Source: Pseudomonadota bacterium (GTDB lineage Bacteria; Pseudomonadota; Alphaproteobacteria; Rhodobacterales; Rhodobacteraceae). Taken from it: 54,474 bases of DNA. This document shows positions 38,869-50,304 of the stretch, piece after piece. Both the position numbers and the translations under genes were made by a program. Every line of letters starts with the position of its first letter. Position 1 is the stretch's first letter. Under the pieces are notes generated by a model. The model was not told where the DNA came from. It ran no database searches and worked only from the letters and a program-made list of their open reading frames with translations. The stretch is taken from NCBI GenBank assembly GCA_039025075.1, contig JBCCPD010000001.1, positions 1-54,474 of the forward strand, given 5' to 3'.

Positions 38869-40164
38869 TCAGAGGTCCGGGTAGATGGGGAAGCGGCGGC
38901 AGAGGGCGGTGGCCTTCGCCTTGACCGCGGCCTCGACGGCGGCGTTGCCGTCCTCGCCGTTGGCGGCGAGGCCGTCGAGGACTTCGGTGATCAGGCGGCC
39001 GACCTCGGCGAATTCGGCCTCGGCGAAGCCGCGGGTGGTGGCCGCCGGCGTGCCGAGGCGGATGCCGGAGGTGACCATGGGCTTTTCAGGATCGAAGGGG
39101 ATGCCGTTCTTGTTGCAGGTGATGTGGGCGCGGCCGAGGGCGGCCTCGGCGGCCTTGCCGGTGACGCCTTTGGGGCGGAGGTCCACCAGAACGAGATGCG
39201 TGTCGGTGCCGCCGGTGACGAGGTCGAGCCCTCCGGCGAGCAGGCTGTCGCCGAGGGCGCGGGCGTTGGCGACGACCTGGGCGGCGTAGGCGCGGAATTC
39301 GGGGCGCAGGGCCTCGCCGAAGGCCACGGCCTTGGCGGCGATGACGTGCATGAGCGGGCCGCCTTGGATGCCGGGGAAGATGGCGGAGTTGAATTTCCTG
39401 GCCAGCGCTTCGTCGTTGGTGAGGATCATGCCGCCGCGGGGGCCGCGCAGGGTCTTGTGGGTGGTGGTGGTGGCGACGTCGACGTGGTCGAGCGGGTTGG
39501 GATGCTGGCCGCCGGCGACGAGGCCGGCGAAGTGGGCCATGTCGGCGAGCAGATAGGCGCCGACCTCGTCGGCGATGGCGCGGAACTTCGAAAAATCGAT
39601 TTGGCGGGGGACGGCGGAGCCGCCGGCGATGATGAGCTTGGGGCGCACCTCGCGCGCCTGCTCGGCCAAGGCGTCGTAGTCGATCAGGCCGTCCTGGCGA
39701 CGCACGCCGTAATGGTGGGCGTCGAACCATTTGCCGGAGACGTTGGGGGCGGCGCCGTGTGTGAGGTGGCCGCCGGCCGAAAGGTCCATGCCGAGGATGG
39801 CGTCGCCGGGCTTGATGAGGGCGAGGAACACGGCCTGGTTGGCTTGGGAGCCGCTGTTCGGCTGGACGTTGGCGTAGCCGCAGTTGAAGAGCTTGCAGGC
39901 GCGCTCGATCGCCAGCTTTTCGGCCACGTCCACGTGCTGGCAGCCGCCGTAGTAGCGCCGGCCCGGGTAGCCTTCGGCGTATTTGTTGGTCATCACGCCG
40001 CCCTGGGCCTGCATGACCGCGGCGGAGACGATGTTTTCCGAGGCGATGAGCTCGATCTCGTCGCGCTGGCGGGTCAGCTCGTCGGTCATGGCCGCGAAGA
40101 GCTCGGCGTCGCGGGAGGCCAGCGCCTCGGTGAAGAAACCTGCGTCCTGGGTGCGAGCGTCCAT
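38869..40164 (-). CDS. glyA: Serine hydroxymethyltransferase
   Basis: [48 protein letters not shown]; start MDARTQD. Confidence 0.98.
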   Translation of the reverse strand: MDARTQDAGFFTEALASRDAELFAAMTDELTRQRDEIELIASENIVSAAVMQAQGGVMTNKYAEGYPGRRYYGGCQHVDVAEKLAIERACKLFNCGYANVQPNSGSQANQAVFLALIKPGDAILGMDLSAGGHLTHGAAPNVSGKWFDAHHYGVRRQDGLIDYDALAEQAREVRPKLIIAGGSAVPRQIDFSKFRAIADEVGAYLLADMAHFAGLVAGGQHPNPLDHVDVATTTTHKTLRGPRGGMILTNDEALARKFNSAIFPGIQGGPLMHVIAAKAVAFGEALRPEFRAYAAQVVANARALGDSLLAGGLDLVTGGTDTHLVLVDLRPKGVTGKAAEAALGRAHITCNKNGIPFDPEKPMVTSGIRLGTPAATTRGFAEAEFAEVGRLITEVLDGLAANGEDGNAAVEAAVKAKATALCRRFPIYPDL

Positions 40165-40367
40165 GGCGGCGTTCCTTTGGCGGATTCGGGAGGGCGTCGG
40201 GCCCGTCGAAGGGTGCGATAGCATCCGCGGGAGGGCTTGTCGCGCCCCCGACGGCGTCCTCGGCCGCGGCGTCGGCGCGGTTTGGGGACGCGCCCTTGCG
40301 GCGGCGGCGCCCGCGCGCGATCCTGCGCGCGACGGCCCGGCGGCGGGCGCGAGGACGAACGGGTCCC

Positions 40368-41201
40368 ATGGCGTCGGAGTCCCCTCAGTCGACCCCCCTG
40401 CGCGACGGGCCCTCGGCGGCGCCGCGCGACGGAGATCTGTGGTCGCCGCGGCTGCATTTCGCCTGCTCTCCGGCCCCCAAGGCGCAGGAGGCGATGGCGC
40501 GGCTGACCGAGCGCTACGGTCAGGCGCCGCCGGGGGAGGCGGACGTGGTGGTGGCGCTCGGCGGCGACGGGTTGATGCTGCAGACGCTGCAGTCGGAGCG
40601 GATGCGGAGCCTGCCGGTCTACGGCATGCATCGCGGCACCGTCGGCTTTCTGATGAACGACTATGACGAGGAGGGGCTGCCCGAGCGCATCGCCCAGGCG
40701 GAGCGGGCGCGGATCAACCCGCTGCGCATGACCGCGACCTGCCGGGACGGAGAGACCGTGACGGCGCGGGCGATCAACGAGGTGTCGTTGCTGCGCGAGC
40801 GGCATCAGGCGGCGAAGATCCGCATCCTGGTCGACGGCAAGCCGCGGATGGAGGATTTGGTTTGCGACGGCGTGATGATCGCCACGCCCGCGGGCTCCAC
40901 CGCCTACAACTATTCCGCCCACGGGCCGATCCTGCCCATCGGGGCGGAGGTGCTGGCCCTGACCCCGGTGTCGGCCTTTCGGCCGCGGCGCTGGCGCGGG
41001 GCGCTGCTGCCGGCCTATGCCCGCGTCGCGCTGGAAGTGCTGGACGCGGAGCATCGCCCGGTCTCCGCCACCGCGGACAACCAGGAAGTGCGGCATGTGA
41101 GCCGGGTGGAGGTGGCGCTGGACCGCGGCATCTCTCACACGTTGCTGTTCGATCCGGGCCACGGCCTTGAAGAACGGCTGATCCGAGAGCAGTTCACCTG
41201 A
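40368..41201 (+). CDS. ppnK: NAD kinase
   Basis: [36 protein letters not shown]; start approximate. Confidence 0.95.
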   Translation: MASESPQSTPLRDGPSAAPRDGDLWSPRLHFACSPAPKAQEAMARLTERYGQAPPGEADVVVALGGDGLMLQTLQSERMRSLPVYGMHRGTVGFLMNDYDEEGLPERIAQAERARINPLRMTATCRDGETVTARAINEVSLLRERHQAAKIRILVDGKPRMEDLVCDGVMIATPAGSTAYNYSAHGPILPIGAEVLALTPVSAFRPRRWRGALLPAYARVALEVLDAEHRPVSATADNQEVRHVSRVEVALDRGISHTLLFDPGHGLEERLIREQFT

Positions 41202-41235
41202 TCCGAAGGCGCGCTTTGGCGAAAGGTCGATCCGC

Positions 41236-42438
41236 ATGGCGTTGAGCGTTGGCGAACAGGTCCGCTGGTGGTCCATCGGTCTGGCGATCTTCATCCTGGT
41301 CGTCTGGACGATGTCGGACGTGCTGATGCCGTTCCTCGCCGGGGCGGCGCTGGCCTATTTCCTCGACCCGGTGGCCGATCGGCTGGAGGCGCGGGGCCTG
41401 GGCCGCAGCGCCGCCACGGCGGTGGTGACGCTGGTGATGGTGGCGATCTTCGTCGGGGTTCTGCTGCTGGTGATCCCGGCGGTGATCACCGAGGCGCGCG
41501 CGCTGATGGAGCAGCTGCCCGCCTATGGCGCGGCGCTGGAGGCCTATGTGGAGCGCCAGCTGCCGGCGGACCTGGACCCCGCCTCGCCCGTGTCCGAGGC
41601 GTTGAACGGCCTGAGGGAGCGGTTCAGCGACTGGAGCGTGGACGCGCTGCGGGGCGCCTGGACCTCGGGCGTGGCGATCGTGGATTTCCTGACGCTGCTG
41701 GTGATCACGCCGGTGGTGGCCTTCTACCTGCTGCTGGACTGGGACCGCATGGTGGCGATGGTCGACGAGTGGGTGCCGCGCGATCATCTGGGCACGGTGC
41801 GCGACATCGCCTCGGGCATCGACGACGTGCTGGCCGGCTTCGTGCGGGGCCAGATGACGGTCTGCGGGATCCTCGGGGTGTTCTACGCTCTGGCGTTGAT
41901 GATCCTGGGGCTGCAGTTCGGGCTGGCGATCGGGCTCTTCGCGGGACTGATCAGCTTCATTCCCTTCATCGGCTCGATCTTCGGCGGGGCGCTGTCGATC
42001 GGCGTGGCGCTGTTCCAGTTCTGGGATCAGCCGATGATGATCGTCGCGGTGGCGGCGGTGTTCTTCATCGGCCAGGCGGTGGAGGGGAACTTCTTGACGC
42101 CCAAGCTGGTGGGCGGCTCGGTCGGGCTGCATCCGGTGGCGCTGATGTTCGCCTTGGCGGCCTTCGGGTCCTGGCTGGGGTTCACCGGCCTGCTGATCGC
42201 CGTGCCGACGACGGCGGCCATCGGGGTGCTGGGGCGGTTCCTGCTGGAGCAGTACAAGGGCGGCCGGCTTTACACCGGGCTCGTCGGACGTCGGCAGGGG
42301 GACCGCGGGTCGGCGTTCTCCGAGGCGGCGGCCGAGGCGTCGGAAACGGCGGAGACGGCGCCGTCGGCGGAGGCGCAGGAGACGGCGCGGCCGCCGGCCT
42401 CGGCGGCGGCTTCGGCGGGCCGCGCGTCCCGCTCGTGA
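41236..42438 (+). CDS. AI-2E family transporter (PerM-like)
   Basis: LAYFLDP, FYLLLDW, GFVRGQ, SFIPFIG, EGNFLTPKLVG..GLHP. Confidence 0.93.
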   Translation: MALSVGEQVRWWSIGLAIFILVVWTMSDVLMPFLAGAALAYFLDPVADRLEARGLGRSAATAVVTLVMVAIFVGVLLLVIPAVITEARALMEQLPAYGAALEAYVERQLPADLDPASPVSEALNGLRERFSDWSVDALRGAWTSGVAIVDFLTLLVITPVVAFYLLLDWDRMVAMVDEWVPRDHLGTVRDIASGIDDVLAGFVRGQMTVCGILGVFYALALMILGLQFGLAIGLFAGLISFIPFIGSIFGGALSIGVALFQFWDQPMMIVAVAAVFFIGQAVEGNFLTPKLVGGSVGLHPVALMFALAAFGSWLGFTGLLIAVPTTAAIGVLGRFLLEQYKGGRLYTGLVGRRQGDRGSAFSEAAAEASETAETAPSAEAQETARPPASAAASAGRASRS

Positions 42439-43109
42439 GCGGAGGACCCGACCAGCCGCCTCTGCCGCTGCCGCCGCGCCGGGCCGAGCCCGAGGCGGCG
42501 GAGGTTCTGCGCGCGCCCTCCAACGCCCTGGCCCTGGCCGAGCTGGAGCGGTGGCGCGCGTGGCCGGGCGGGCGCATGGCGTTGATCGGCCCGGCGGCCA
42601 GCGGCAAGTCGGCCATGGCGGCGGCTTGGGCGCGGCGGATCGGGGCGGCGCGCCTGGACGCGGCGGCGCTGGCGCAGGCCGATCCGGCCGCGCTGGCCCG
42701 GTCCGGGGCGGTGGTGGAGGATGCCGACCGCGCGTTGACCGCGGAGGGCGAGACGGCGCTGTTTCATCTGCACGAGCGCTGCGCCGCCGCGGCGCGGCCG
42801 CTGCTGCTGACGGCGCGGGAGGCGCCGGCGCGGTGGGGCGTCGGGCTGAGCGATCTGGCCACGCGGCTCGCCGCCTGGCCCCTGGCGCGGATCGAGCCGC
42901 CCGAGGACGTGCTGCTGGAGGCTTTGGCGGCGCGGCTGCTGGCGGCGCGGGGGCTGAGGGCCGAGCCGGGGCTGGCGGGCTGGCTGGCGCGGCATGTGGA
43001 TCGGTCCCATGCCGGGCTGCTCTCGGCGGTTGAGGCGCTGGACGGGGCGGTCCTGGCCAAGCGGGGGCGGGCCACGGTGGCGCTGGCGCGACGGTTGCTG
43101 GCGGCCTGA
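42435..43109 (+). CDS. hdaA: HdaA/DnaA-like AAA+ replication regulator
   Basis: [28 protein letters not shown]; usual position between AI-2E and ppk1; GTG start overlaps the previous stop. Confidence 0.85.
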   Translation: MSGGPDQPPLPLPPRRAEPEAAEVLRAPSNALALAELERWRAWPGGRMALIGPAASGKSAMAAAWARRIGAARLDAAALAQADPAALARSGAVVEDADRALTAEGETALFHLHERCAAAARPLLLTAREAPARWGVGLSDLATRLAAWPLARIEPPEDVLLEALAARLLAARGLRAEPGLAGWLARHVDRSHAGLLSAVEALDGAVLAKRGRATVALARRLLAA

Positions 43110-43158
43110 GCGGCCTCGGGGGCATGCAATCGTCACGTATCGAGACTATGTTGGGAGA

Positions 43159-45378
43159 ATGCGAGCCGATTTCCTCAACGCCGCCTGCGCGCCCGACCCC
43201 GCCCACGCCGCCGCCTTCGACCTGACGAGCCGCGAGCGGTTCTTCAATCGCGAGCTGTCGTGGCTCGCGTTCAACTGGCGGGTGCTTTCGGAGGCGATGA
43301 ACCCGGCGCATCCGCTGCTGGAGCGGGTGCGGTTCCTGTCGATCTCCGGCGCGAACCTGGACGAGTTCTATTCGGTGCGCGTCGCCGGCCTGCGGGAGCT
43401 GGTGAAGGAGGGGGTGGAGACCGTCTCCCATGACGGGCTGGCCCCGGCGCAGCAGCTGGCGCGGATCGACGCGGACGCGCGGGCGCTGATGGCGCGCCAG
43501 CAGGAGGTCTGGTCGGATCTGAAAGCCGCGCTGAAAAAGGAGCGGATCGAGGTTCTCACCCGCAAGGACCTGACCAAGGCGGATGCGGAGCGGCTGGAAA
43601 AATATTTTCTGGAGCAGGTGTTTCCGGTGGTCACGCCGCTGGCGCTTGACCCCGCGCACCCGTTTCCGTTCATTCCCAACGAGGGCTTCGCCTTGGCGCT
43701 GCAGCTGCGGCGGCTGAAGGACGACCATCGGCTGGAGGCTCTGCTGCCGGTGCCGGGGCAGGTGGCGCGGTTCCTGCGCGTGCCGGGAGGGCGCGAGGGG
43801 GCGATCCGCTGGCTGCCGCTGGAAGAGCTGCTGATGCTTTTCATCGACCGGATCTTTCCGGGCTATGCGATGATCGGCCATGCGGCCTTCAAAGTGCTGC
43901 GCGACAGCGACCTGGAGGTGGAGGAAGAGGCCGAGGATCTTGTGCGGGAGTTCGAGACGGCTCTGAAGCGCCGGCGCCGGGGCGAGGTGATCCGGCTGAA
44001 GATCGCGGCGCGGGGGCCTGAGGACCTGAAGGGCGCGATCATCGAGGAGCTGAAAGTTCAGCCCGGGGAGATCGTGGAGGTCGACGGCATCATCGGCGTC
44101 ACGCAGCTGTCGGAGATCGTCGGCAAGGACCGACCGGAGCTGCTGTTCCCGCCCTATCAGCCGCGCATGCCCGAGCGGGTGAAGGACCATGCGGGCGACA
44201 TCTTCGCGGCCGTGCGGCAGAAGGACATGCTGCTGCACCACCCCTATGAGAGCTTTTCGATCGTCGTGCGGTTCCTGGAGCAGGCGGCGCGGGACCCGAA
44301 CGTGGTGGCGATCAAGCAGACGCTCTACCGGACCAGCTCCGACAGCCCGATCGTCAACGCGCTGTGCGAGGCGGCCGAGGACGGCAAGTCGGTGACGGCT
44401 CTGGTCGAGCTGAAGGCGCGGTTCGACGAGGCGGCGAACATCCGGCAGTCGCGCAAGCTGGAGCGGGCGGGCGCGCAGGTCGTCTACGGCTTCATCGACT
44501 GGAAGACCCACGCGAAGGCCTCGCTCGTGGTGCGGCGCGAAGGGGATCAGCTGGTGACCTACACCCATTGGGGCACGGGCAACTATCATCCGGGCACGGC
44601 GAACATCTACACCGACCTGTCGCTGTTCACTTGCGAGCCGGCGATGGGCCGGGACGCGGCGCGGCTGTTCAACTACGTCACGGGATACGCCGAGCCCGAG
44701 GGGCTGGAGGCGATCCGGCTGAGCCCCAAGACGCTCAAGCAGACGCTGCTGGACGGGCTGGAGGCGGAGATCGCCCATGCGCGGGCCGGGCGGCCGGCGC
44801 GGGTCTGGGCGAAGATGAACTCGCTGATCGAGCCGGTGGTGGTGGACGCGCTTTATGCGGCGAGCCAGGCGGGGGTGAAGATCGACCTGGTGGTGCGGGG
44901 CATCTGCGGGCTGCGGCCCGGCGTGCCGGGGCTGAGCGAGAACATCCGCGTCAAGTCGATCATCGGGCGGTTCCTGGAGCATTCGAGGATCGTCTGCTTC
45001 GGCGCCGGCCATCCGCTGCCCTCGAAGGAGGCGGAGGTCTGGATCAGCTCCGCCGACTGGATGGGGCGGAACCTCAATCGGCGGGTGGAGACGCTGGTGC
45101 CGATCCGCAACGAGACGGTGCACGCGCAGATCCTGGAGCAGGTGATGGCGGGCAACCTGCGGGACGAGGCGCAGGCCTGGGTGCTGCAGGCTGACGGGCA
45201 TTGGGCGCGCTGCGACCGGGCGGACGGGTTCTCGGCCCATGATTTCTTCATGCGTCATCCGTCGCTGTCGGGCCGGGGGCGGGCCGGGACGCAGGATGCG
45301 CCGCGGCTTCTGGCGCAGGAGCCCGAGGCCTCGGCCGCCGCGACGCCGGATCCGTCGGCTCAGGCCGCCGGCGGCTGA
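43159..45378 (+). CDS. ppk1: Polyphosphate kinase 1
   Basis: [69 protein letters not shown]. Confidence 0.97.
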   Translation: MRADFLNAACAPDPAHAAAFDLTSRERFFNRELSWLAFNWRVLSEAMNPAHPLLERVRFLSISGANLDEFYSVRVAGLRELVKEGVETVSHDGLAPAQQLARIDADARALMARQQEVWSDLKAALKKERIEVLTRKDLTKADAERLEKYFLEQVFPVVTPLALDPAHPFPFIPNEGFALALQLRRLKDDHRLEALLPVPGQVARFLRVPGGREGAIRWLPLEELLMLFIDRIFPGYAMIGHAAFKVLRDSDLEVEEEAEDLVREFETALKRRRRGEVIRLKIAARGPEDLKGAIIEELKVQPGEIVEVDGIIGVTQLSEIVGKDRPELLFPPYQPRMPERVKDHAGDIFAAVRQKDMLLHHPYESFSIVVRFLEQAARDPNVVAIKQTLYRTSSDSPIVNALCEAAEDGKSVTALVELKARFDEAANIRQSRKLERAGAQVVYGFIDWKTHAKASLVVRREGDQLVTYTHWGTGNYHPGTANIYTDLSLFTCEPAMGRDAARLFNYVTGYAEPEGLEAIRLSPKTLKQTLLDGLEAEIAHARAGRPARVWAKMNSLIEPVVVDALYAASQAGVKIDLVVRGICGLRPGVPGLSENIRVKSIIGRFLEHSRIVCFGAGHPLPSKEAEVWISSADWMGRNLNRRVETLVPIRNETVHAQILEQVMAGNLRDEAQAWVLQADGHWARCDRADGFSAHDFFMRHPSLSGRGRAGTQDAPRLLAQEPEASAAATPDPSAQAAGG

Positions 45379-45507
45379 GGCGGGGCCCGGCCGCCGCGTC
45401 GGGGCCCGGGCGCGCGCCTCTCCTCCGATCCGACGCCTTGACCGCGCCGTCGCGGGGATGTCACGTCGTCGGGCAACGCGCAGGAATGATCCGCAGGCCC
45501 GCTCGCC

Positions 45508-47067
45508 ATGACAGCCGCCGCCTCCCGCAGCGCCGCCGCCCGCGAGGCGCCGGTCCGCCGCTCAGATGACGGATCGGAGGCGCCGGGAGACGGCCGCCGC
45601 ATCGCGGTGATCGACGTGGGCTCGAACTCCGTCCGGCTGGTGGTGTTCGAGGCGCTGAGCCGCTCGCCGGCCTACTTCTTCAACGAAAAGGTTCTGGCCG
45701 GGCTCGGGTCCGAGATCGCCGAGACGGGGCGGCTGTCGCCCGACGGGCGGCGCCGGGCGCTGGCGGCGCTGCGCCGGTTCGCCGGTCTGGTCCGGCGCAT
45801 GCGCATCGACGAGGTGTCGGCCATCGCCACGGCGGCCGTGCGCGAAGCCGAGGACGGCCCGGACTTCGTGCGCGAGGTGGAGGCGGAGACGGGCCTGACG
45901 CTGGCCGTCGCCTCGGGCGAGGACGAGGCGCGGCTGGCGGCGCAGGGCGTGCTGATGGGCTGGCCGGACGCGGACGGGTTGGTGGCGGATCTGGGCGGCG
46001 CCTCCTTGGAGCTGGTGCGGGTCGAGGCCGGGCGCGTGGGCCGCGGCGCGACGCTGCCGCTGGGCCCGCTGCGGCTGGGGCGGCTGGGCCTGTCGCCGTC
46101 GAAGATGGACGCGATGATCGACGGCTCGCTGGAGGAGGCGACGGGCGCGATGGGGCCGCAGGGCGGTCGGCTCTACCTGGTCGGAGGGGCGTGGCGCGCG
46201 CTCGCCAAGATCCACATGACCCGGACGGGCTATCCGATCCAGGTGCTGCACGAGTTCGAGCTGCCGGCGGACGAGATGCTGGAGCTCGCCGCGTCGGTCG
46301 CCAAGGCCTCGCCCGAGGATCTGGGGCAGGAGGTCGCGTCGTCCCGCGATCGGCTGGCGGTCACGCCGATGGGGGCGCGCATTCTGGCGCGGCTGATCCG
46401 GGCGGCGCGTCCGGCGACGGTGGCGGTGTCGGCCTTCGGTCTGCGCGAGGGGGTGCTCTATGAGCATCTGCCGCCGGCGATGCGGGCTCAGGACCCTCTG
46501 CTGTCGGCCGCTCGGATGCTGGAGCGGCGCAACGCGCGGTTTTCGGGGTTCGGGGCGGAGCTGCTGGCCTGGCTGCGGCCGCTGACGCCGGAGATCGGCG
46601 CCGGGCGGGAGCGGCTGGTGGAGGCCGCCTGCCTGCTGAACGACGTGGCCTGGAACGCGCATCCCGATTATCGCGACCATGCGATCTTCGAGACGGTCTA
46701 TCGGTCGAACCTGTCGGGCGTGGGCCATGCGGAGCGGGCCTGGCTGGGGGCGAGCCTGCGCTATCGCTACAAGGCCGGGCGGGCCAAGCGGGCGGATCTG
46801 CCTGCCCTGTCGCTGTTGAGCGAGGACGAGCTGCGGCGGGCGCGGCTGCTGGGCCGGGCGATCCGCCTGGCGGCGATGATCTCCGGCTCCGCTCCCGGAG
46901 CGCTGCCCCATACGCGGCTGGAGCGCGTCGAGGACGGGTGGCGGCTGCTGTTCGAGCCGGAGGTGGCCGACCTGGCCGGCGAGGCGGTCCGCAAGCGCCT
47001 CTCGGCCTTGGGCGAGAGCCTGGGCTGCGCGCCGGAGCTGGTGGTGGCGGAGCCCGAGCCGATCTGA
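45508..47067 (+). CDS. ppx: Ppx/GppA exopolyphosphatase
   Basis: IDVGSNSVRL, ATAAVREA, SGEDEARL, DLGGASLEL, FGLREG. Confidence 0.93.
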   Translation: MTAAASRSAAAREAPVRRSDDGSEAPGDGRRIAVIDVGSNSVRLVVFEALSRSPAYFFNEKVLAGLGSEIAETGRLSPDGRRRALAALRRFAGLVRRMRIDEVSAIATAAVREAEDGPDFVREVEAETGLTLAVASGEDEARLAAQGVLMGWPDADGLVADLGGASLELVRVEAGRVGRGATLPLGPLRLGRLGLSPSKMDAMIDGSLEEATGAMGPQGGRLYLVGGAWRALAKIHMTRTGYPIQVLHEFELPADEMLELAASVAKASPEDLGQEVASSRDRLAVTPMGARILARLIRAARPATVAVSAFGLREGVLYEHLPPAMRAQDPLLSAARMLERRNARFSGFGAELLAWLRPLTPEIGAGRERLVEAACLLNDVAWNAHPDYRDHAIFETVYRSNLSGVGHAERAWLGASLRYRYKAGRAKRADLPALSLLSEDELRRARLLGRAIRLAAMISGSAPGALPHTRLERVEDGWRLLFEPEVADLAGEAVRKRLSALGESLGCAPELVVAEPEPI

Positions 47068-47200
47068 GGGGCGGCGCGCCGGGGCGTGCGCTTTCGGTCG
47101 CGCCGCTGGACGGTCCGATCTTGGATCGCGCGGGTTTTCCCGGCGGCGCGCCTGGGCTAAGGCCCGCGGCCCGGCAGAGGTTCGAAAAAAGGGTTCGGCC

Positions 47201-48463
47201 ATGGCCGCCGCCGTCATCGAGGACGCGCTCGCCGTCGACTTCGGCACGTCCAACAGCGCCGCGGCGGTGCTGGAGGACGGGGTCGTGCGGCATCTGGGCA
47301 TCGAGGGCGGGGCTCCGACCTTGCCGACGGCGGTGTTCCTGCCGGAGGGCGGGGGCGACCTGGCGATCGGCCAGGCGGCGGTGGACGCGCTGATCGGGGG
47401 CGAGGACGGGCGCTTCATGCGGGCGCTGAAGTCGGTGCTCGGCACGCCGCTGCTGCATGAAAAGCGGTTGATCTCGGGGCGGCGGCGGACGCTTGCGGAC
47501 CTGGTCGCCGGCTTTCTGAGGATCCTGCGGGAGCGGGCGGAGGCGGAGGCGGGGCGATCTTTCGGCCGGGTGCTGTCAGGGCGGCCGGTGCGGTTTCACT
47601 CGGCGGACGCGGAGGCGGATGCGCGGGCGGAGGCGGACCTGCGCGGCTGCTATGCCGTGGCGGGGTTCGAGGAGGTCGCGTTCCTGGCGGAGCCGGAGGC
47701 GGCGGCGGTCGCGGCGCAGTCGCTCGGCGCGCCGGCGGGCGGGGGCGACCTGGGGCTGATCGTCGACATCGGGGGCGGCACTTCGGACTTTTCGGTGTTT
47801 CGCGCAGGGGCGGGCGCCCGGCCGGAGGTTTTGGCCAGCCATGGCATCCGGCTTGGCGGGACGGACTTCGATCGGCTGCTGTCGCTGGCGGCGGTGATGC
47901 CTCTGCTGGGCCTGGGCGGGGAGCTGCGGCGCGAAATGGGGGAGGGGCGCCTGCCGGCGCCGCGCGCGCCCTATGTCGATCTCGCGACCTGGGCGAAGAT
48001 CCCGTTTCTCTACACGGCGGAGACCCGGCGGATGGTCGCCGGCATGGCGCGGGCGGCGGTGGAGCCCGCGCCGATGCGGCGGTTCGCCGACGTGCTGTCG
48101 CGGGAGCTGGGCCATGACCTCGCCTTCGCGGTGGAGCGGGGCAAGATCGAGGCCAATGCCGGCGGCGCCGGGGGCGTGGATCTGGGGCTGCTGGAGCCGG
48201 GGCTGGTCGCGCCGCTGACGCCGCGGACGCTGGCCGTGGGTCTGGGGCGGGAGCGCGGGGCGCTGCGGGAAGCGGCGGCGACGACGCTGGAGGCGGCTGG
48301 AACCTCGCCGGACGCGGTTGCGCGGGTGATCCTCGTGGGCGGGTCCAGCCTGATGGGCTTCGTGTCGGAGGAGATGGGCGCGCTCTGCCCTCGGGCGGAG
48401 ATCCTGCGCGCCAAGGCCTTCACCGCGGTGGTGGACGGGCTGGCGCTGGCGACGGCGGACTGA
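47201..48463 (+). CDS. yegD: Hsp70-family ATPase (YegD-like)
   Basis: [49 protein letters not shown]. Confidence 0.85.
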   Translation: MAAAVIEDALAVDFGTSNSAAAVLEDGVVRHLGIEGGAPTLPTAVFLPEGGGDLAIGQAAVDALIGGEDGRFMRALKSVLGTPLLHEKRLISGRRRTLADLVAGFLRILRERAEAEAGRSFGRVLSGRPVRFHSADAEADARAEADLRGCYAVAGFEEVAFLAEPEAAAVAAQSLGAPAGGGDLGLIVDIGGGTSDFSVFRAGAGARPEVLASHGIRLGGTDFDRLLSLAAVMPLLGLGGELRREMGEGRLPAPRAPYVDLATWAKIPFLYTAETRRMVAGMARAAVEPAPMRRFADVLSRELGHDLAFAVERGKIEANAGGAGGVDLGLLEPGLVAPLTPRTLAVGLGRERGALREAAATTLEAAGTSPDAVARVILVGGSSLMGFVSEEMGALCPRAEILRAKAFTAVVDGLALATAD

Positions 48464-48510
48464 AGCGCCGGAGTGCGGCGGAGTGCGGCGGCTCCGGATG
48501 GCGTCCGGGC

Positions 48511-48540
48511 AAAAAAAAAGGCCCGCGCGTATGGCGGGCC
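48511..48540 (-). terminator. Rho-independent terminator (minus strand)
   Basis: Stem GGCCCGC/GCGGGCC, 7-nt loop, U9 tail on the minus strand; both flanking genes are on +. Confidence 0.85.
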
Positions 48541-48581
48541 GAGCCTCCCTAGACTTGAGCCGTCTTTGTGTTCTTTCGGCT
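48511..48581 (-). ncRNA. Candidate sRNA of about 71 nt
   Basis: AGCCG-AAAGAACACAAAGA-CGGCU hairpin, linker CAAGUCUAGGGAGGCUC, then terminator; promoter immediately upstream. Confidence 0.68.
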
Positions 48582-48587
48582 GAGCAG

Positions 48588-48616
48588 ACTGTGGCAGCCG
48601 GCGCCAAAGCCTGCAA
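48588..48616 (-). promoter_or_regulatory. Putative sigma70-type promoter of the sRNA
   Basis: TTGCAG-N17-CACAGT, predicted +1 A at 48581; inverted repeat AAGCCTG/CAGGCTT (48607-48629) spans the -35. Confidence 0.55.
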
Positions 48617-48643
48617 TGAATTCAGGCTTCAAGCGCGTGATTT

Positions 48644-48660
48644 CGCGATGCAGCATCGCG
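48644..48660. promoter_or_regulatory. 17-bp palindrome, candidate operator
   Basis: CGCGATGC-A-GCATCGCG between the sRNA promoter and proS. Confidence 0.45.
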
Positions 48661-48881
48661 TCTGCGAAGGTTCGGGCGTGAATCCCGGGCGTGGCTTCGC
48701 GGTTGCAACGCGAAACTATTCGCTCCCCTTCGCAGAGCGGCGGCCGGACCGAGGGCGAATCGGCTCGGCGGCGGCGCGAATCGCTCGCGCCGCCGCATTG
48801 CGCCCTGGGGCCTCGCGGTCTACCTGTCGGCGGCCGGCGGGAGGTCCGCCCGCCCCAGCCTTCTGCGACGCGAGAGCCCTC

Positions 48882-50219
48882 ATGCGCCTGAGCCGCTACT
48901 TCCTGCCCGTCCTCAAGGAAACGCCGGCGGAGGCTCAGATCGCCTCGCACCGCCTGATGCTGCGCGCCGGAATGATCCGCCAGCAGGCGGCGGGGATCTA
49001 TTCCTGGCTGCCCATGGGCTACAAGGTGCTGCGGCGGATCGAGCAGGTGGTGCATGAGGAGCAGCAGCGCGCCGGGCACATCCCGGTGCTGATGCCCACG
49101 CTGCAGCCGGCGGAGCTGTGGCGGGAGAGCGGGCGCTACGACGCTTTTGGGCAGGAGCTTCTGCGCATCCGCGACCGGCACGACCGCGACATGCTCTACG
49201 GGCCGACGAACGAGGAGATGATCACGGACATCTTTCGGACCCATGTGGGGTCGTACAAAGCGCTGCCGATGACGCTCTACCACATCCAATGGAAGTTCCG
49301 GGACGAGATCCGGCCGCGCTTCGGCGTGATGCGGGGGCGCGAGTTCCTGATGAAGGACGGCTACAATTTCGACCTGACCAAGGCGGATGCGCTGCATGCC
49401 TACAATCGGCACTTGGTGACCTATCTGCGGACCTATGAGCGGTTGGGGTTGAAGGCGATCCCGATGCGGGCGGACAGCGGGCCCATCGGCGGGGACGACA
49501 CGCACGAGTTCCTGGTGCTGGCGGAGACCGGCGAGTCCGAGGTTTTCTACGATGCCGCGATCGAGGACCTGCATCTGGGGGACCGGGACGTCGATTGGGA
49601 GGACCGGGCGCAGCTGGAGGGGATCAAGGCGGAGTGGACGGCGCCTTACGCCCGCACCGACGAGACCCATGACGCGGCGCTGTTCGAGGCGATCCCCGAG
49701 GCGCGGCGGAGGTCGGCCCGCGGGATCGAGGTGGGGCAGATCTTCTACTTCGGGACCAAGTATTCGGAGGCGATGGGCGCGGTGGTCGACGACGAGGCCG
49801 GGGCGCGGGCGCCGGTGCATATGGGCTCTCACGGGATCGGGGTGTCTCGGCTGGTCGGCGCGATCATCGAGGCGCACCACGACGAGGCCGGCATCCGCTG
49901 GCCCGAGGGCGCGACGCCTTTCGGCGCGGGCGTCGTGAACCTGCGCCAGGGCGATGCGGCCTGCGACGGGGCCTGCGAGGATCTTTATGGGAAGTTGAGC
50001 GTCGCCGGCGTGGACCCGCTCTACGATGATCGGGAGGAGCGGGCGGGGGCCAAGTTCGCCACCATGGACCTGATCGGGCTGCCCTGGCGGGTGACGGTGG
50101 GGCCGCGGGGGCTCGGGAATGGGGTGGTGGAGCTGACCTGCCGCGCCACGGGCGAGAGCCAGGAGCTGGACCCCGAGGCCGCGGTGGCGCGGCTGGCCGA
50201 GATCTACGCGGACCGGTGA
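48882..50219 (+). CDS. proS: Proline--tRNA ligase (short alphaproteobacterial type)
   Basis: [60 protein letters not shown]. Confidence 0.97.
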   Translation: MRLSRYFLPVLKETPAEAQIASHRLMLRAGMIRQQAAGIYSWLPMGYKVLRRIEQVVHEEQQRAGHIPVLMPTLQPAELWRESGRYDAFGQELLRIRDRHDRDMLYGPTNEEMITDIFRTHVGSYKALPMTLYHIQWKFRDEIRPRFGVMRGREFLMKDGYNFDLTKADALHAYNRHLVTYLRTYERLGLKAIPMRADSGPIGGDDTHEFLVLAETGESEVFYDAAIEDLHLGDRDVDWEDRAQLEGIKAEWTAPYARTDETHDAALFEAIPEARRRSARGIEVGQIFYFGTKYSEAMGAVVDDEAGARAPVHMGSHGIGVSRLVGAIIEAHHDEAGIRWPEGATPFGAGVVNLRQGDAACDGACEDLYGKLSVAGVDPLYDDREERAGAKFATMDLIGLPWRVTVGPRGLGNGVVELTCRATGESQELDPEAAVARLAEIYADR

Positions 50220-50242
50220 GGTCGGCTTTGCGTTCCGAGAGT

Positions 50243-50277
50243 CCGGCCTCGGGGGGGATCGACCCCCCCTCGGCCGG
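50243..50277. repeat. GC-rich hairpin between proS and lolE
   Basis: CCGGCC..GGGGGGG-ATCGA-CCCCCCC..GGCCGG; no U-tract. Confidence 0.55.
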
Positions 50278-50304
50278 GGCCGGCGCGCCGGCCGGCGCCT
50301 GGTC

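Noticed and set aside
40165-40367. ZMP/ZTP or glycine riboswitch upstream of glyA
   Set aside because: The expected consensus elements (for ZTP, GACUGGCG and CGCCUGGGC) are not visible.
41194-45258. Very long antisense ORFs (1354 aa here; also 15929..18739 and 49864..52455)
   Set aside because: Shadow frames of recognised genes in a high-GC genome with few stop codons; no domain motifs.
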